A DNA stretch of 62,629 bases, the filler included, from Chiloscyllium plagiosum (taxonomy: Eukaryota): assembly GCF_004010195.1 (NCBI RefSeq). It is 3 parts of one record of this genome, joined end to end, with 100 filler letters (N's around TTAATTAATTAA, not from the genome) between each part and the next. Parts side by side here need not be neighbours in the genome. Positions count along the whole stretch, not along the records: positions 1 to 17,349 come from NC_057713.1; positions 17,450 to 45,619 come from NC_057713.1; 1 more part is not named here. One strand, 5' to 3'. Below the pieces are notes generated by a model that did not search any database, had not been told where the DNA came from, and saw only the letters and a program-made list of their open reading frames with translations. Positions 12,240-23,885 of this stretch are shown here, piece after piece (position 1 is the first letter of the stretch; each line of letters begins with the position of its first letter). Made by a program: the position numbers and the translations under genes.

Positions 12240-12530
12240 ATGGCCTAGTAATCCAGAGGCAGTTGCTAATACTCCAGTGACACAGATTCAAATCCCACCT
12301 TGGCTCCATTTTGGAATTTAAATTTAATTGGTAAATTCTGGAACTGCAAGCAGGGAAATCTGCCAAATTAGCAGGTCTGGTTTACACGTGACTCCAGACC
12401 CACAGCAATGTGGTTGCCTCTCAACTGCCCTCTGATATGGCTGAGCGAGATGCTCAGTTCAGGGGCAATTAGGGAAGGGCAACAGATTTTGGCCTCGCTG
12501 GCGACATCCACATCTCGTGAAAGAATGAAA
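12240..12530 (+). mobile_element. tRNA-derived SINE, second family
   Basis: ctagtaatccagag...ttcaaatcccacc...gactccagacccacagcaatgtggtt...gggcaattagggaagggcaa...gaaagaatgaaa. Confidence 0.75.
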
Positions 12531-12869
12531 AGAACAGCATCTGGAAGGTATCTCTCACTCTCACAGACAGTGTGGCCCTAATCCTAACCACTTCCGGTTC
12601 CACACAGAATGGTTCTCACCATGTTTCGTGACTCTTTTGCAGTCATCCCTGAAAACCTCAAATCTGTTGCCTTTGGCTACCAGGTTCGTCAGCCACTGGA
12701 AACAGCTGTTGTCCATTTATCCCTAAAAATAAATACTTACGTCTCTACTCATAAGGAGAATAACTGAAAAGAATATAGCTGTGCAGGGCTCATCAACACG
12801 TATATGGTACAAATTACTGGTTAGAGCCCAACTGCAGGCATCAGAACATTCTCACCCTTCCACAGCGTG

Positions 12870-13240
12870 TGGGTGTTGCCAGCAAAGCCTCACTTTGCTC
12901 CTGAACTGAGCACCTCACTAGGGCCCATTTCAGATACAACCATATTGCTGTGGGATCTGGAGTCACGCCCAGGCCAGGCTCGACAACAGATTGCCTTCCT
13001 GCATACACATTTACTGAACCAGATGGATTTCAGGTGGCAATTGACAGTAGTTATGTTATCCTATAAAGCCAGCTACTTGCCTATTGAAGTCATATTTTTT
13101 TCTGACAGTCAACAGTTCCATGGCTGGCTTTTAATTCCATTATTACTGAAGTTAAATTTCTCTACCTGCCACGGAAGGATTTGAACTGATGCCCCCAGAA
13201 CATTAGCCTGGGTCCCTGGATTACTAGCCCTGCGACATGG
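12870..13240 (-). mobile_element. tRNA-derived SINE, second family (reverse)
   Basis: cattgctgtgggatctggagtcac...ccccagaacattagcctgggtccctggattactag. Confidence 0.7.
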
Positions 13241-13459
13241 GTGCAATGGGCTGAAAATTGGGTGATGGGGCCTTGCAGATTTGTATAGCTTTTGGTCCAC
13301 TGTGACAGTCAGTCAGTCCTGGCTCTCACACTTCAAAGCAGGAGTGAAAACCTTACCTACAATGACGTGACAAAAGCGAGGAGTCAAGGAGACATTGCAT
13401 TAGCAACAACAAAGTCCAAAGGGGGACACATCAGTGATCCTGACTCAGCCAGCTCGAGA

Positions 13460-14380
13460 GCCACAGAGCAGGGAAACAGACCCTTCGGCCCAACCAGACC
13501 ATGCCGACCACACACTCCAACTAAACTACTCCCACCTGCCTGCTCCTGGCCCATATTGCCCCAAACCTTTCCCATTCATGAACTTATCTAAATGCCTTTT
13601 AAGCATTGTAGTTGTACCTGCACCCACCACTTCCTCTGGCAGTTCATTCCACACAGGAATGAGTGTGGAAACATTCTCCCTCAGGTCTTTTTTAAAACCT
13701 TCTCCTCTCACTTTAAAAATATGCCCACCAGTTTTGAACTCCATCACTCACTCTTGGGAGAAGGCCTGCTTCATTTACCTTAGCTACGCCCTTTTTGATT
13801 TTACAAAACTCTAAAATGTCACCTCCTACGCTCCAGTGAAAGATATCCCAGTCTTCCCAGTTGATTTTTAGATGTCAGACTCACAGAGTACGGAAACAGA
13901 CCCTTCGGTCTAACTTGCTCATGCCAACCAGGTTTCCTAAACTAAACTAGTACCACTAGTTTGGCCCATACCTCTCTAAATCTTTCCTCTTCATCTATCT
14001 ATCCAAACATCTTTTAAATGTTCCTAACGACAGTGACTGCAGGAAATAAGAGGCCATTTAGCCCTTTGAGCCTGTTCCAGCAGTCGTTACGATCATGGCT
14101 GATCGTCCAACTCAGGCCCCAGTTCCTGCTTTCTCCTCCAGACCCTTTGATTTCTTTAGTCCTAAGAACTATATCTAACTCCTTCTCGAAAACATTCAAT
14201 GTTTTGACCTCAACCACCTTCTGTGCCAGAGAATCCCACAGGCTCCCCACTCTCTGGGTGGAGACATTTCTCCTCACCTCAGTCCAAAATGGCCCACCCT
14301 GTATCCTTAGACTGTGACCCCCTGATTCTGTACGTCTGAGTCATCGGGAACACCTGGCCTGTCTTTACCCTGTCTAGTCC
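13460..14380 (-). mobile_element. Three adjacent CR1 3' fragments
   Basis: ORFs 13526-13747 and 14014-14277 translate to CR1 ORF2 C-termini. Confidence 0.85.
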
Positions 14381-14714
14381 TGCAATAGAGGCTTCCACAT
14401 GTTCATCGCTCACTGGGTAAAGTAAAATATACTTTTCAATACCTTAAAAAGATTTAGTTGATTGCAAAACATTTGGAAACCACCCTGAGGTACAAATGCT
14501 GCTCTTTTCTCCTGTCGGTTGTACAAAGATGACAAACTACAGCAGGAGAAAAGTTGTTTAGACACAGTATCTCACTTTCTTTTCCCTTCTTTCATTATGC
14601 TCTCATGATTGCTGTGAATGTTCCATTGAATCAGACATGTGGGAACCAGCTCCCTCTTGATGAAGCTGTTCATTATGGAACTCTCAGAACTCCATTTGTT
14701 CAACGCTGTGATTT

Positions 14715-15036
14715 AAAATTAATATCAAATGCTGACTGATAAATTGTCTGCCTTTCAGCATATTTTCAGGACTGCACCATGGCAATTTCTATGCTTCACA
14801 CTCTCTGTACGCAGGACTTTGGAAATGTGTTGTCATAATTATTCTGCTTCAATTATTAAAGTGGAAAATTGGCTATTTTCCACTCGGTGTCTCACAACAA
14901 GCCAATGCGTCACATTCAGGTCAAATAAACACAATCTCTGCTGCATAAGCAAGGAGTGTAGTGCACAGAGGCAAATTATTATCAAACTCTGAAGCTCAAG
15001 CAGACAAATTGGAATAGCCACTCAGATTTTAATTTT
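14715..15036. repeat. Degenerate ~320-bp palindrome (ancient MITE-like element or structured conserved element)
   Basis: Four nested inverted-repeat blocks share an axis at about 14872-14878; central perfect hairpin AGTGGAAAAT-tggct-ATTTTCCACT (14860-14884). Confidence 0.55.
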
Positions 15037-15109
15037 TCAATTTGTTAGTTGTCCAAAGGGAGTCACGTGCAGCAATTTATACATATTTTAAGATCATTTA
15101 TTTTTGAGC

Positions 15110-15951
15110 TTGTATTTTTGATTTCAAACTAGTGGCATAAGGGTTTTCTGCATCTAAACATCTGCTTTGCTGGAGCCACAATGATTTCTTTTAAAACAGT
15201 TTGAGAGAGATAGCCTTCAAGAACTAATAGACTTTAGTCTAGCTCGGGAGAATTAATGAGCAAAATCAATTACACAGTTTTCCGATGCAAGGTTCTGGAC
15301 TTTTTAAGTTTAAGGGAAACATCCAATATTGTGGGGCAAATCTGTAGGACACTTGGCTGAAACTACATGTGTAAACCAATTGCTCAAGTAAGGGAGAGCC
15401 AAGTTAGATTTATTAAAAATATGCTACATCATTATATGGAGTTTAGCAATAATTATAGACTAGAAGTGCTTGAGCAAATCCCTGAAGGGGTTATTTGAAA
15501 CTGAGCAAGTTTAAGCTCCAATAAAACACCATTGGGTTTTTTCAGGTTGGGAGCTGAAGCTAATTAAATTTAGCACTACAGAGGGGATGGAAAAGGAGAT
15601 TCTCGCTATTACAAGTACCGTAAGGGGATGTTTTGGGATCTGGAAAGGAGTATTTTTTGGAATATGTAAAGGAGTTATTTGGTTTACGGGGATTAAACAT
15701 TTCCCCTTGATCTTTTACATTTGTGTTAGATGTAAGTAGCTTGGTTTAATCTATTCTATATTCATTGCTTTTACATTACAAATTCTTGTTTTATTATTAA
15801 AATCAAACCTGCAGCATTGCATGCTTGTATTTCAATGAGACACAACTCATTAAAACCAAAACGAAAAACACCCCCAAAAAACGATCTATCAAGGCACAAT
15901 CTAGTGTGGGATCTAAGATATCCAGCAGAAACATCAGCCAGGATCATAACA
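15110..15951 (+). mobile_element. Putative diverged solo LTR
   Basis: Non-coding; ends ...ggatcataaca, resembling the end of the 8986-9634 element; ATTAAA motifs near the 3' end. 5' boundary uncertain. Confidence 0.35.
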
Positions 15952-16589
15952 ATACACAAGCTCACACTATCTTTTAAATTCTATGAATGAAACGTCTTTA
16001 TATAAAAAAATCGTTACATGCAAGACTAATTATTCTACGTTAAACCCTTGCCAAGCATCACTCAGTTGGTGAGAAAGTACAAAGCATCCACTGGAGAAGC
16101 ATCTTCACTTGTATTTTATTAGAAGAACTCTCTCCGGTCATAGAAATCTTCATTAATGAAAAAAGGTCAAGTCTTTTGTGAAATCCAAAAACGATTTAAA
16201 AGGGATTTCTTTTTCCAACTGCAACAGCTCAATTTGCAATCAATTGCTAATGCTAAATTAACACACCGAAATGTTAATCCATACTTGTAAGTAACTGACA
16301 AACTGGGATTAGGCATTTCATTGCATTTCCAGCACTGGGCAAGTCTATTCAGCTCAGCTGGCTTGTGAGAGTGGGTCCACTCCCAGTCACCATATCCTTC
16401 TAATCCATTCTCCCCTGTGTGTTTCTCTACCTGCCCCCAGTGGTTCCACTGGGTACTGCAGCAAATGCAGACAGGCCTAACCCCACCCTCTGGCCAGGCT
16501 CCCCATCCCCAGCGGGCAAAATGGTGCAAGATCGATGAGGTGAACACTGAGGCATACGACTGCCTTCAAGTCAGCATCTGAATAAAAGA

Positions 16590-16935
16590 CCTGGGAGCAG
16601 AATTAGGCCATTCGGCCCATTAGAACTATTCCACCTTTCGATCATGGCCGCTATGTTTTTGAACCCCATTCTCCTGCCTTCTATCCGTCCTGATGAAGGG
16701 CTTTTGCCCGAAACGTCGATTTCAAAGCTCCTTGGATGCTGCCTGACCTGCTGTACTCTTCCAGCACCACTAATCAAGAACTTATCTCAGTCTCAGCGAC
16801 TTGGCATCCACAATCCTCTATGGCAGTGAGTTCCACAGAGTCACCACCCTCTGGCTGAAGAAATTCCTCATCTCAGTTCCAGAGGGTGGTTCCTTCCCTC
16901 TGAGGCTGTGCCCTCAGGTCCTAGTCTCTCCTAGA
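16590..16935 (-). mobile_element. CR1 3' fragment with a nested Penelope-like family A insertion (16687-16775)
   Basis: ggccattcggccc...catggc tail continues after the insertion with gagttccacagagtcaccaccctctgg. Confidence 0.75.
16687..16720 (+). ncRNA. Minimal hammerhead ribozyme motif (family A), intact core
   Basis: gtc-CTGATGA-A-GGGC tttt GCCC-GAAA-C-GTC-gat. Confidence 0.7.
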
Positions 16936-17349
16936 AATGACATCTCCACCTGAAATGCACCTGTCACAGTCACTCGAGTTCCATGTTCTCATCATCCTCT
17001 GAGTTTAGAAACTCCGTCTGAGGTCCTGACTCAAGTTTCGGGGCAGTTCCTTAATGACCCAGAGGCCACAGGATAGCTCCAGCACAACAGTCATCACCTC
17101 CAGCTCAGGAATGGGTTTAATCAGACACGTGCAGCCACAGTTATAGATGGAGCAATAAACTGCATTTACGCAGCGCCTTCATTGCTGCACCATGTTCCCC
17201 CAATATGCTTCAGAGGAGCATTCTTAAATAAAATTCGACAGGGAGCCACATGGTGGGATGAGGGTGCGGGTTCGTGGGGTGGGGAGGGGGAAGAGGAGGA
17301 ATAGTTGGTAGGGGACGAGGAGTTAAGCAGCAGGGGGAGAAGATGAGCG

Positions 17350-17449
17350 NNNNNNNNNNNNNNNNNNNNNNNNNNNNNNNNNNNNNNNNNNNNTTAATTA
17401 ATTAANNNNNNNNNNNNNNNNNNNNNNNNNNNNNNNNNNNNNNNNNNNN
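17350..17449. other. Artificial 100-bp scaffold gap with TTAATTAATTAA linker
   Basis: N44 + TTAATTAATTAA (17394-17405) + N44; identical structure at 45620-45719. Confidence 0.97.
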
Positions 17450-18160
17450 CGATGGAGGGACCGATGTTTGGGGGGGGACATAGGTTGAAGCGGGGGGGAG
17501 GGGGCAGGTGGTTTGGTGGGACACAGAGAGAGAGAAAGAGAGAGAGAGAGAGATACACACAGAGGCAGATAGAGGGAGAGAGAGACACGTACAGAGGGAG
17601 ACAGACAGGAAAGAGGGAGAAACATACAGAGAGACACAAAGAGAGGGACAGTAGCAGAGAGAGAGAGAGACAGACACAGAAAGGCAGACAGACAGGGAGA
17701 TAGACGTAGAGACCAAGAAAGAGAGGGAGAGAAATTTCAACTGTGCGCTTTTTTTAAAAAAGGATCCAAACTGTCCCCACCTGTTTCTCATTCCATTCAC
17801 AACTCCTCCCCATCACTACCACCCCCCTCCCCAGGCTCTCTGCTTCAGAACAGCCTGCTTCCTGGCATTGAACAGGAGGGTAGGGCAGGTCATATCCACA
17901 GGCTCCAAAATACTTGTCATAGTTGAGGAGGCTGCAGGAACTGGGCGAGAGGCAGAGACTGGAGAGGGGGGAGGGGTGGGGGCAGGAGGTGGTAAATGTA
18001 TGGGCAGCTGTAATGGCTGGCTGGGCCAAATAGACTCGTGGTGGGTCCGAGTCTGAGGTGCGGTATCAGGAGCCCCTTATCTGGGGCTTCTCGATCACAA
18101 ACTGAACCACAGCCACTACAGGGAGACAGGGGGAGAGGGGAGGAGAGAGGGAGAGAGAGA

Positions 18161-18588
18161 GGGAGAAAGAGAGAGAGGGAGAAAGAGAGAGAGGGAGAAA
18201 GAGAGAGAGGGAGAAAGAGAGAGAGGGAGAAAGAGAGAGAGGGAGAAAGAGAGAGAGGGAGAAAGAGAGAGAGGGAGAAAGAGAGAGAGGGAGAAAGAGA
18301 GAGAGGGAGAAAGAGAGAGAGGGAGAAAGAGAGAGAGGGAGAAAGAGAGAGAGGGAGAAAGAGAGAGAGGGAGAAAGAGAGAGAGGGAGAAAGAGAGAGA
18401 GGGAGAAAGAGAGAGAGGGAGAAAGAGAGAGAGGGAGAAAGAGAGAGAGGGAGAAAGAGAGAGAGGGAGAAAGAGAGAGAGGGAGAAAGAGAGAGAGGGA
18501 GAAAGAGAGAGAGGGAGAAAGAGAGAGAGGGAGAAAGAGAGAGAGGGAGAAAGAGAGAGAGGGAGAAAGAGAGAGAGGGAGAAAGAGA
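18161..18588 (+). repeat. Perfect polypurine minisatellite (GGGAGAAAGAGAGAGA) x26.7
   Basis: 16-bp unit starting at 18161; the last, partial unit starts at 18577. Confidence 0.95.
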
Positions 18589-18919
18589 AAAGAGAAATTA
18601 CTAGAAATCAGATACAAAGCAAAAAAACCTTGCTAATACACTGACCATGCAGGTGACCAACCAATGGCATTCTGTCAGACCTGACTGATGATGGATGACA
18701 CTTGAGTTTCAATGTTGTTGAGTCAGTGGGAGGGATATTCAGGATTCGTTTAGACAGTGCATTTCGGGTTAAATCTTGACAAATCAGACGGTTACAGACC
18801 AGGAGTTTATTTTCACCTCTGGAACTCTCCATATTTCTGAATGACCTTGTCACCTTTAAATGAGCTTTCAGACATCTTGTCCCCTTCAATTCCTCATCCT
18901 CTGAACACCTCAAATCCTT

Positions 18920-19090
18920 CGGGATGCTGCTCCAATCTCAATGCTCGCTGATGTATAATGAATCCCAATCCAGTAACATGTTAATTTTAAAATTCTCAGC
19001 CTCACTTTTAGACCCCTCCATGGTCTCGCCCCCTCCCTACCTCAGTCATCCTCTAGCCCTCTAAGCCTGTCCTCTTCCAGTACCAATTCT
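18920..19090 (+). mobile_element. L2-type LINE remnant
   Basis: ttttaaaattctc...ctccatggtctcgcccctccctacctc encodes a degenerate FKIL...LHGLAPPYL motif of L2 ORF2. Confidence 0.6.
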
Positions 19091-20359
19091 CATCACTCAA
19101 ATTCACACATACTGCCTCCATCTCAGTCTCTCTTCTTCTCAACCTCTGTGCCCCAGCTCTAGTCTCCCCCACAAAGAAAGCCATCGTCCTGGTACCTAGT
19201 CCCCTCAGGACTGTGGGTGTTTGAACACAGGGAATGCCAGTCAGCAGAGTTTTGGGAAAAAGAGAGATGTCAGGGAAAGTCAAAAGAGAAAAGACTTTGC
19301 GATTAAATGAACGAAGGGATAATACTACAAGCCTTAACCCTTTCAGATCTTGGAAATGAACAAAACCCCGTGATGATATAAAATGATGCCCTTTTTTAAA
19401 AGCTGAACAAAGTCAAACACATTTGGGTTTATTTGAATGCACATTTGCAGCACAAAATGACCCAAAACCCCAGAAAACCTGAACAGCTAGAATACTTGAA
19501 GACATTGTCCCTCCAACTTCCGAGTCAACGCTTTCAAGTTAACATTAAGATGTATAAAAGAGTCATCGGAAGTTTACAATCATTATAAAGTCGCTCAGCC
19601 GGGATTTTAAAGCCTCATCCATTTCCATCAACAAGTTTCTGGCCTGTACACCACTTAGCGATTAAAAGAATACAACACTTGGGCTCCGTCAATGGTCAAG
19701 TAAACATCCTGTGCACAGACCAGCTGGATTATACAAAGTGTCAGCACTTCAGTTTTAGCCAGAGAACAAAGCCGAACATTTACTAAAGAAACAGGGGGTA
19801 TAGATTTAAGGTGAGGGGCAGGAGGGGGTGTGAGGAGAATGCTTTTCCCCCCCCCAGAGGGTGGTGGGGAACCTGGAACTCCAGCCTGTAAGAGTGGGAG
19901 AGGCAAGAACCGTCATCGCGTTGTCGTGGTCTTTAGGAACAAAGTTTTGGAAAATAAGAGACTCTTAGAATTAAGAAACCCCACCCTTGATTCCCCGAAA
20001 GCCCAAGTGGAAATCTGACATTGGAGTGGAGGTGGGTGTGGGGTGGGAGGATTGCATCAAACTTAGCGATGACATTCTCAATGGGGGGGGGTGGGGAGCA
20101 TTGTTCGTCAGGTTAGCCAAATTGAAGGAGTTGCAGCATTGAATTTCAGTAAAGAAACTGGCTCTTCGGCCCAACCAGTCTATGCTGGGGGCTACATCTC
20201 ACATAAAAGGTCCTCCTGCTCAACTAAGGAAAAAAAAACTAATTCGTGCTTTGGAGAAAAACACACAGCTGCCCTTCCTCACAAACTGAAGTGTGGGAAA
20301 TTAAGGACCAAAATAGATGGCGAAACGAAGGCGTGGAGTTTGGTTGATCTTCACAAAGT

Positions 20360-21240
20360 CAGAAGGAACAAACTGCAAAAAGCCAGGGAACTACAGACCA
20401 GTGAGCCTTACGTCAGCAGTGGAGGGGATTGTGGAGGTCAGGATTTGAATGTATTTGGAAAGGCATGGACAGGTTAGGGATAGCCAACATGGCTTCGTGC
20501 GTGGGAAAGCATTCCTCACTACCTTGTGAGAAACATGTATAACATCGTGAAGGGCATAGACCGGATGAATGCATACAGTCTTTTTCCCAGGGATGGGGAT
20601 TTGAAAACTAGAGGGCATAGGTTTAAGGTGAGAGGGGAAAGATTTAAGGAGGATCTGAGGGGCAACGTCTTCACACAGAGAGTGGTGTGTGTATGGAATG
20701 GGCTGACAGTGAAAGTGGTTGAGACAGGTACAAGAGCAACATTGAAACAACATTTGGATAGGTACATGAATGGGAAGGGTTTAGAGGGATCGTGGGCGGT
20801 TCGTGGGCGGCACGGTGGCACAGTGGTTAGCACTGCTGCCTCACAGCGCCAGAGACCCGGGTTCAATTCTTGCCTCAGGCGACTGACTGTGTGGAGTTTG
20901 CACGTTCTCCCCGTGTCTGCGTGGGTTTCCTCCGGGTGCTCCGGTTTCCTCCCACAGTCCAAAGATGTGCAGGGTCAGGTGAATTGGCCATACTAAATGG
21001 CCCATAGTGTTAGGTAAGGGGTAAATGTAGGGGTATGGGTGGGTTTCGCTTCGGCGGGTCGGTGTGGACTTGTTGGGCCGAAGGGCCTGTTTCCACACTG
21101 TAATCTAATCTAATCTAATCTAAAGGGATATGGACCAAATGTGGACAATTGGAACTGGCTGAGTGGGCACCATGGTCAGCATGGACCAGTTTGGGCCGAA
21201 GGGCCTGTTTCCATGCTGTATTGCTCTATGACTCTGTAAC
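20360..21240 (+). mobile_element. CR1 fragments with a nested HE1 SINE
   Basis: PGNYRPVSL..SQHGF remnant, then GIDRMN...RGHRFKVRGERFK..WNGL; the CR1 tail resumes at 21121. Confidence 0.85.
20791..21120 (+). mobile_element. Young HE1-type V-SINE with target-site duplication
   Basis: Full length, CpG-rich, (TAATC)n tail; flanked by tagagggat (20782-20790) and taaagggat (21121-21129). Confidence 0.92.
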
Positions 21241-21297
21241 TTGACTGAGTTTTTTTTGAACAGACAATAAAGACGATTGATATAGGTAGAGCGGTAG

Positions 21298-21610
21298 CAA
21301 AGACATGCCAGAGAATTCCTAGAGGCCTGGCACTCCAGCCACAATGCCATAAACAAACACGTAGATCTAGATACCATCTATCAACCCCTCAGAAAACTAA
21401 CCGGAAATGACATCACCACAAACCCCAGAAACCCCATCCAGGACAAACATATAAATAGAAAGCAGGAGACAACAGCTTCCATTCATTTGGAGGTCGCCAC
21501 TGATGATGTTAGCTAGCCAGGTAATGAAACGTCTGGGTATCAAACCTACAGCTCAGCGAGCAAACCTACACCCTAAACCTCAACCTGAGCTACAAACTTT
21601 CACAAACCTT
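21298..21610 (+). mobile_element. Penelope-like element 3' end (family C): GIY-YIG C-terminus plus pLTR with hammerhead
   Basis: Translates RHAREFLEAWHSSHNAINKHVDLDTIYQPLRK; inserted into a CR1 RT fragment. Confidence 0.8.
21496..21537 (+). ncRNA. Minimal hammerhead ribozyme motif (family C), intact core
   Basis: cca-CTGATGA-T-GTTAGCT agcc AGGTAAT-GAAA-C-GTC-tgg. Confidence 0.7.
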
Positions 21611-21994
21611 GCAGATGCTGTCTGTACAGACTTCAGCAAGGAATTTGACAAGGGCCGAGTAACTGACCTGGAGCATCGATCTGTGATTCCCTTACATGAA
21701 GTGGACCTGGTTTCATTTCTCAATATGAGCCCATCCTGTCTGGAGCAATCTCAAATTCTTCTGACTTGCATAGACCCACAGTTAGAAGCAGGTCACTCAA
21801 TCCTTCAGGCCTCCTCTGCCATTGAAAGAGAGTAAGAGTAGGGAAGTCTTACTGCAGCTGTACAAGGTGCTGGTGAGACCACAGCTGGAGGACTGTGAGG
21901 TGTTTCGATCCCCTTATTTAAGAAAATATATTGTTTCACTGGAGACCTTGTGGAGAAGTTCACTAATAACAGAATAGCGTAATTTTTTTTTCTT

Positions 21995-22345
21995 TATTCA
22001 TTCATGGGATAAGGGAGTTGCTGGCTGGGCAGCATTTATTTCCCACCCCTAATTGCCCAGAGGGCAGTTAAGAGTCAACCATGTTGCTCTAGGTCTGGAG
22101 TCACACACAGACCGGACCAAACAGGGATGGCAATTTCCCTCCCTAAAGGACATTAGTGAACCAGTTGGGTTTATTCCGATAATCATTCACAGTCATCATT
22201 AGAATCTTCATTCTAGATTTCTTTTTAAGGTTGAATTAAAATTCTACCATTTGCCAAAGTGGGATTCAAACCCAGGTCCCCAGAACATTACCTGGGTCTC
22301 TGGATTAACAGTCCAGCGATAATACCACTGGGCCATCGCCTCCCC
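21995..22345 (-). mobile_element. tRNA-derived SINE, second family, near full length
   Basis: Reverse complement runs from the head gaggcgatggcccagtggtattatcgctggac...gggtttgaatccc to the ...atgaatgaataaa tail. Confidence 0.8.
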
Positions 22346-22760
22346 GGTCTCATGAGCAAAGGTTAAGCTGGTTGGCACTCTACTCACTGGAGTTGAGAAG
22401 AATGAGAGGTGATTGCATATTGGATTCTCAAGGGGTTTGACAGGGTCAATGCTGAGAGGATGTTTCCCCTCATGAGAGAATCTAGGACCCGAGGGTACAG
22501 TCTCAGAATAAAGGGGCACCAATTTCAGACGGAGATGAGGAGGAATTTCTTCTCTCAGAGGGTTGGGGGTCTTTGGAACTCCTTGCCCTAGAGAGCTGTG
22601 GGGGCAGTCCTTGTGTATATTTAAGGCTGAGATCGATAGATTCTAGATCAGTCAGGAAAGGGCACAAAGGTGGGTGAGAGAAATGTCGGATCAACCATGA
22701 CCCCATTGAAAAGGGGAGCAGGTTCGAGGGGCCGAACGGCCTACTTCTATTCCTATTTCA
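22345..22760 (+). mobile_element. CR1 LINE 3' end
   Basis: ILKGFDRVNAERMFPL..SRTRGYSLRIKG..RNFFSQRV..LWNSLP; same family at 35270-35620 and 42670-43430. Confidence 0.88.
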
Positions 22761-22819
22761 TATCTTTTTTATCTATCAATCCAACATCCCCTTTAACATA
22801 TTTTCACTAATGCCTCAAC

Positions 22820-23885
22820 TAGCCATGTCTCACAAACTTGATTGAGTTTTTTGAAGACGTAACAAAGGGGATTGATGAGGGCAGAGCGGTAGATGTGATC
22901 TATATGGACTTCAGTAAGGCGTTCGACAAGGTTCCCCATGGGAGACTGATTAGCAAGGTTAGATCTCATGGAATACAGGGAGAACTAGCCATTTGGATGC
23001 AGAACTGGCTCAAAGGTAGAAGACAGAGGGTGGTGGTGGAGGGNNNNNNNNNNNNNNNNNNNNNNNNNNNNNNNNNNNNNNNNNNNNNNNNNNNNNNNNN
23101 NNNNNNNNNNNNNNNNNNNNNNNNNNNNNNNNNNNNNNNNNNNNNNNGGTAAGATCCTAGGGAGTGTTGCTGAACAAAGAGACCTTGGAGTGCAGGTTCA
23201 TAGCTCCTTGAAAGTGGAGTCGCAGATGGATAGGATAGTGAAGAAGGCGTTTGGTATGCTTTCCTTTATTGGTCAGAGTATTGAGTACAGGAGTTGGGAG
23301 GTCATGTTGCGGCTGTACAGGACATTGGTTAGGCCACTGTTGGAAGATTGTGTGCAATTCTGGTCTCCTTCCTATCGGAAAGATGTTGTTAACCTTGAAA
23401 GGGTTCAGAAATGATTTACAAGGATATTGCCAATGTTGGAGGATTTGAGCTATAGGGAGAGGCTGAACAGGCTGGGGCTGTTTTCCCTGGAGTGTCGGAG
23501 GCTGAGGGGTGACCTTATAGAGGTTTACAAAATTATGAGGGGCATGGATAGGCTAAATAGACAAAGTCTTTTCCCTGGACCGGGGAGTCCAGAACTAGAG
23601 GGCATAGATTTAGGGTGAGGGGGGAAAGATATAAAAGAGACCTAAGAGGCAACGTTTTCATGCAGAGGGTAGTACATGTATGGAATGAGCTGCCAGAGGA
23701 TGTGGTGGAGGCTGGTACAATTGCAACATTTGAGAGGCATTTGGATGGGTGTATGAATAGGAAGGGATTAGAGGGATATGGGCCAGGTGCTGGCAGGTGA
23801 GAGTAGATTGGGTTGGGATATCTGATCGGCATGGACGGGTTGGACCGAAGGGTCTGTTTCCGTACTGTACATCTCTATGACTATA
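22820..23885 (+). mobile_element. CR1/HER1-type LINE ORF2 (RT) pseudogene with 3' end, spanning an N gap
   Basis: VDVIYMDFSKAFDKVPHGRL, LYRTLVRPLLE.CVQFWSP, WNELP; in-frame stops and frameshifts. Confidence 0.93.

Noticed and set aside
16145..16165. TTC ATT AAT GAA (FINE) on minus as the end of cadherin exon 15
   Set aside because: No GT donor follows and upstream codons do not give the PHPGDIGDF motif.
17394..17405. Isolated TTAATTAATTAA as a homeodomain site or repeat of an array
   Set aside because: Centred in an exact 100-bp gap twice; an assembly linker.
18038..18617. 188-aa RE-rich and 183-aa LS-rich ORFs
   Set aside because: Translations of the 16-bp GA minisatellite; no coding evidence.
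20802..20875. tRNA gene (A- and B-box like sequence)
   Set aside because: It is the tRNA-derived head of an HE1 SINE, continuous with the SINE body; same for the other copies.
22838..23800. Reverse-transcriptase ORFs as host genes
   Set aside because: CR1 ORF2 fragments with stops and frameshifts.
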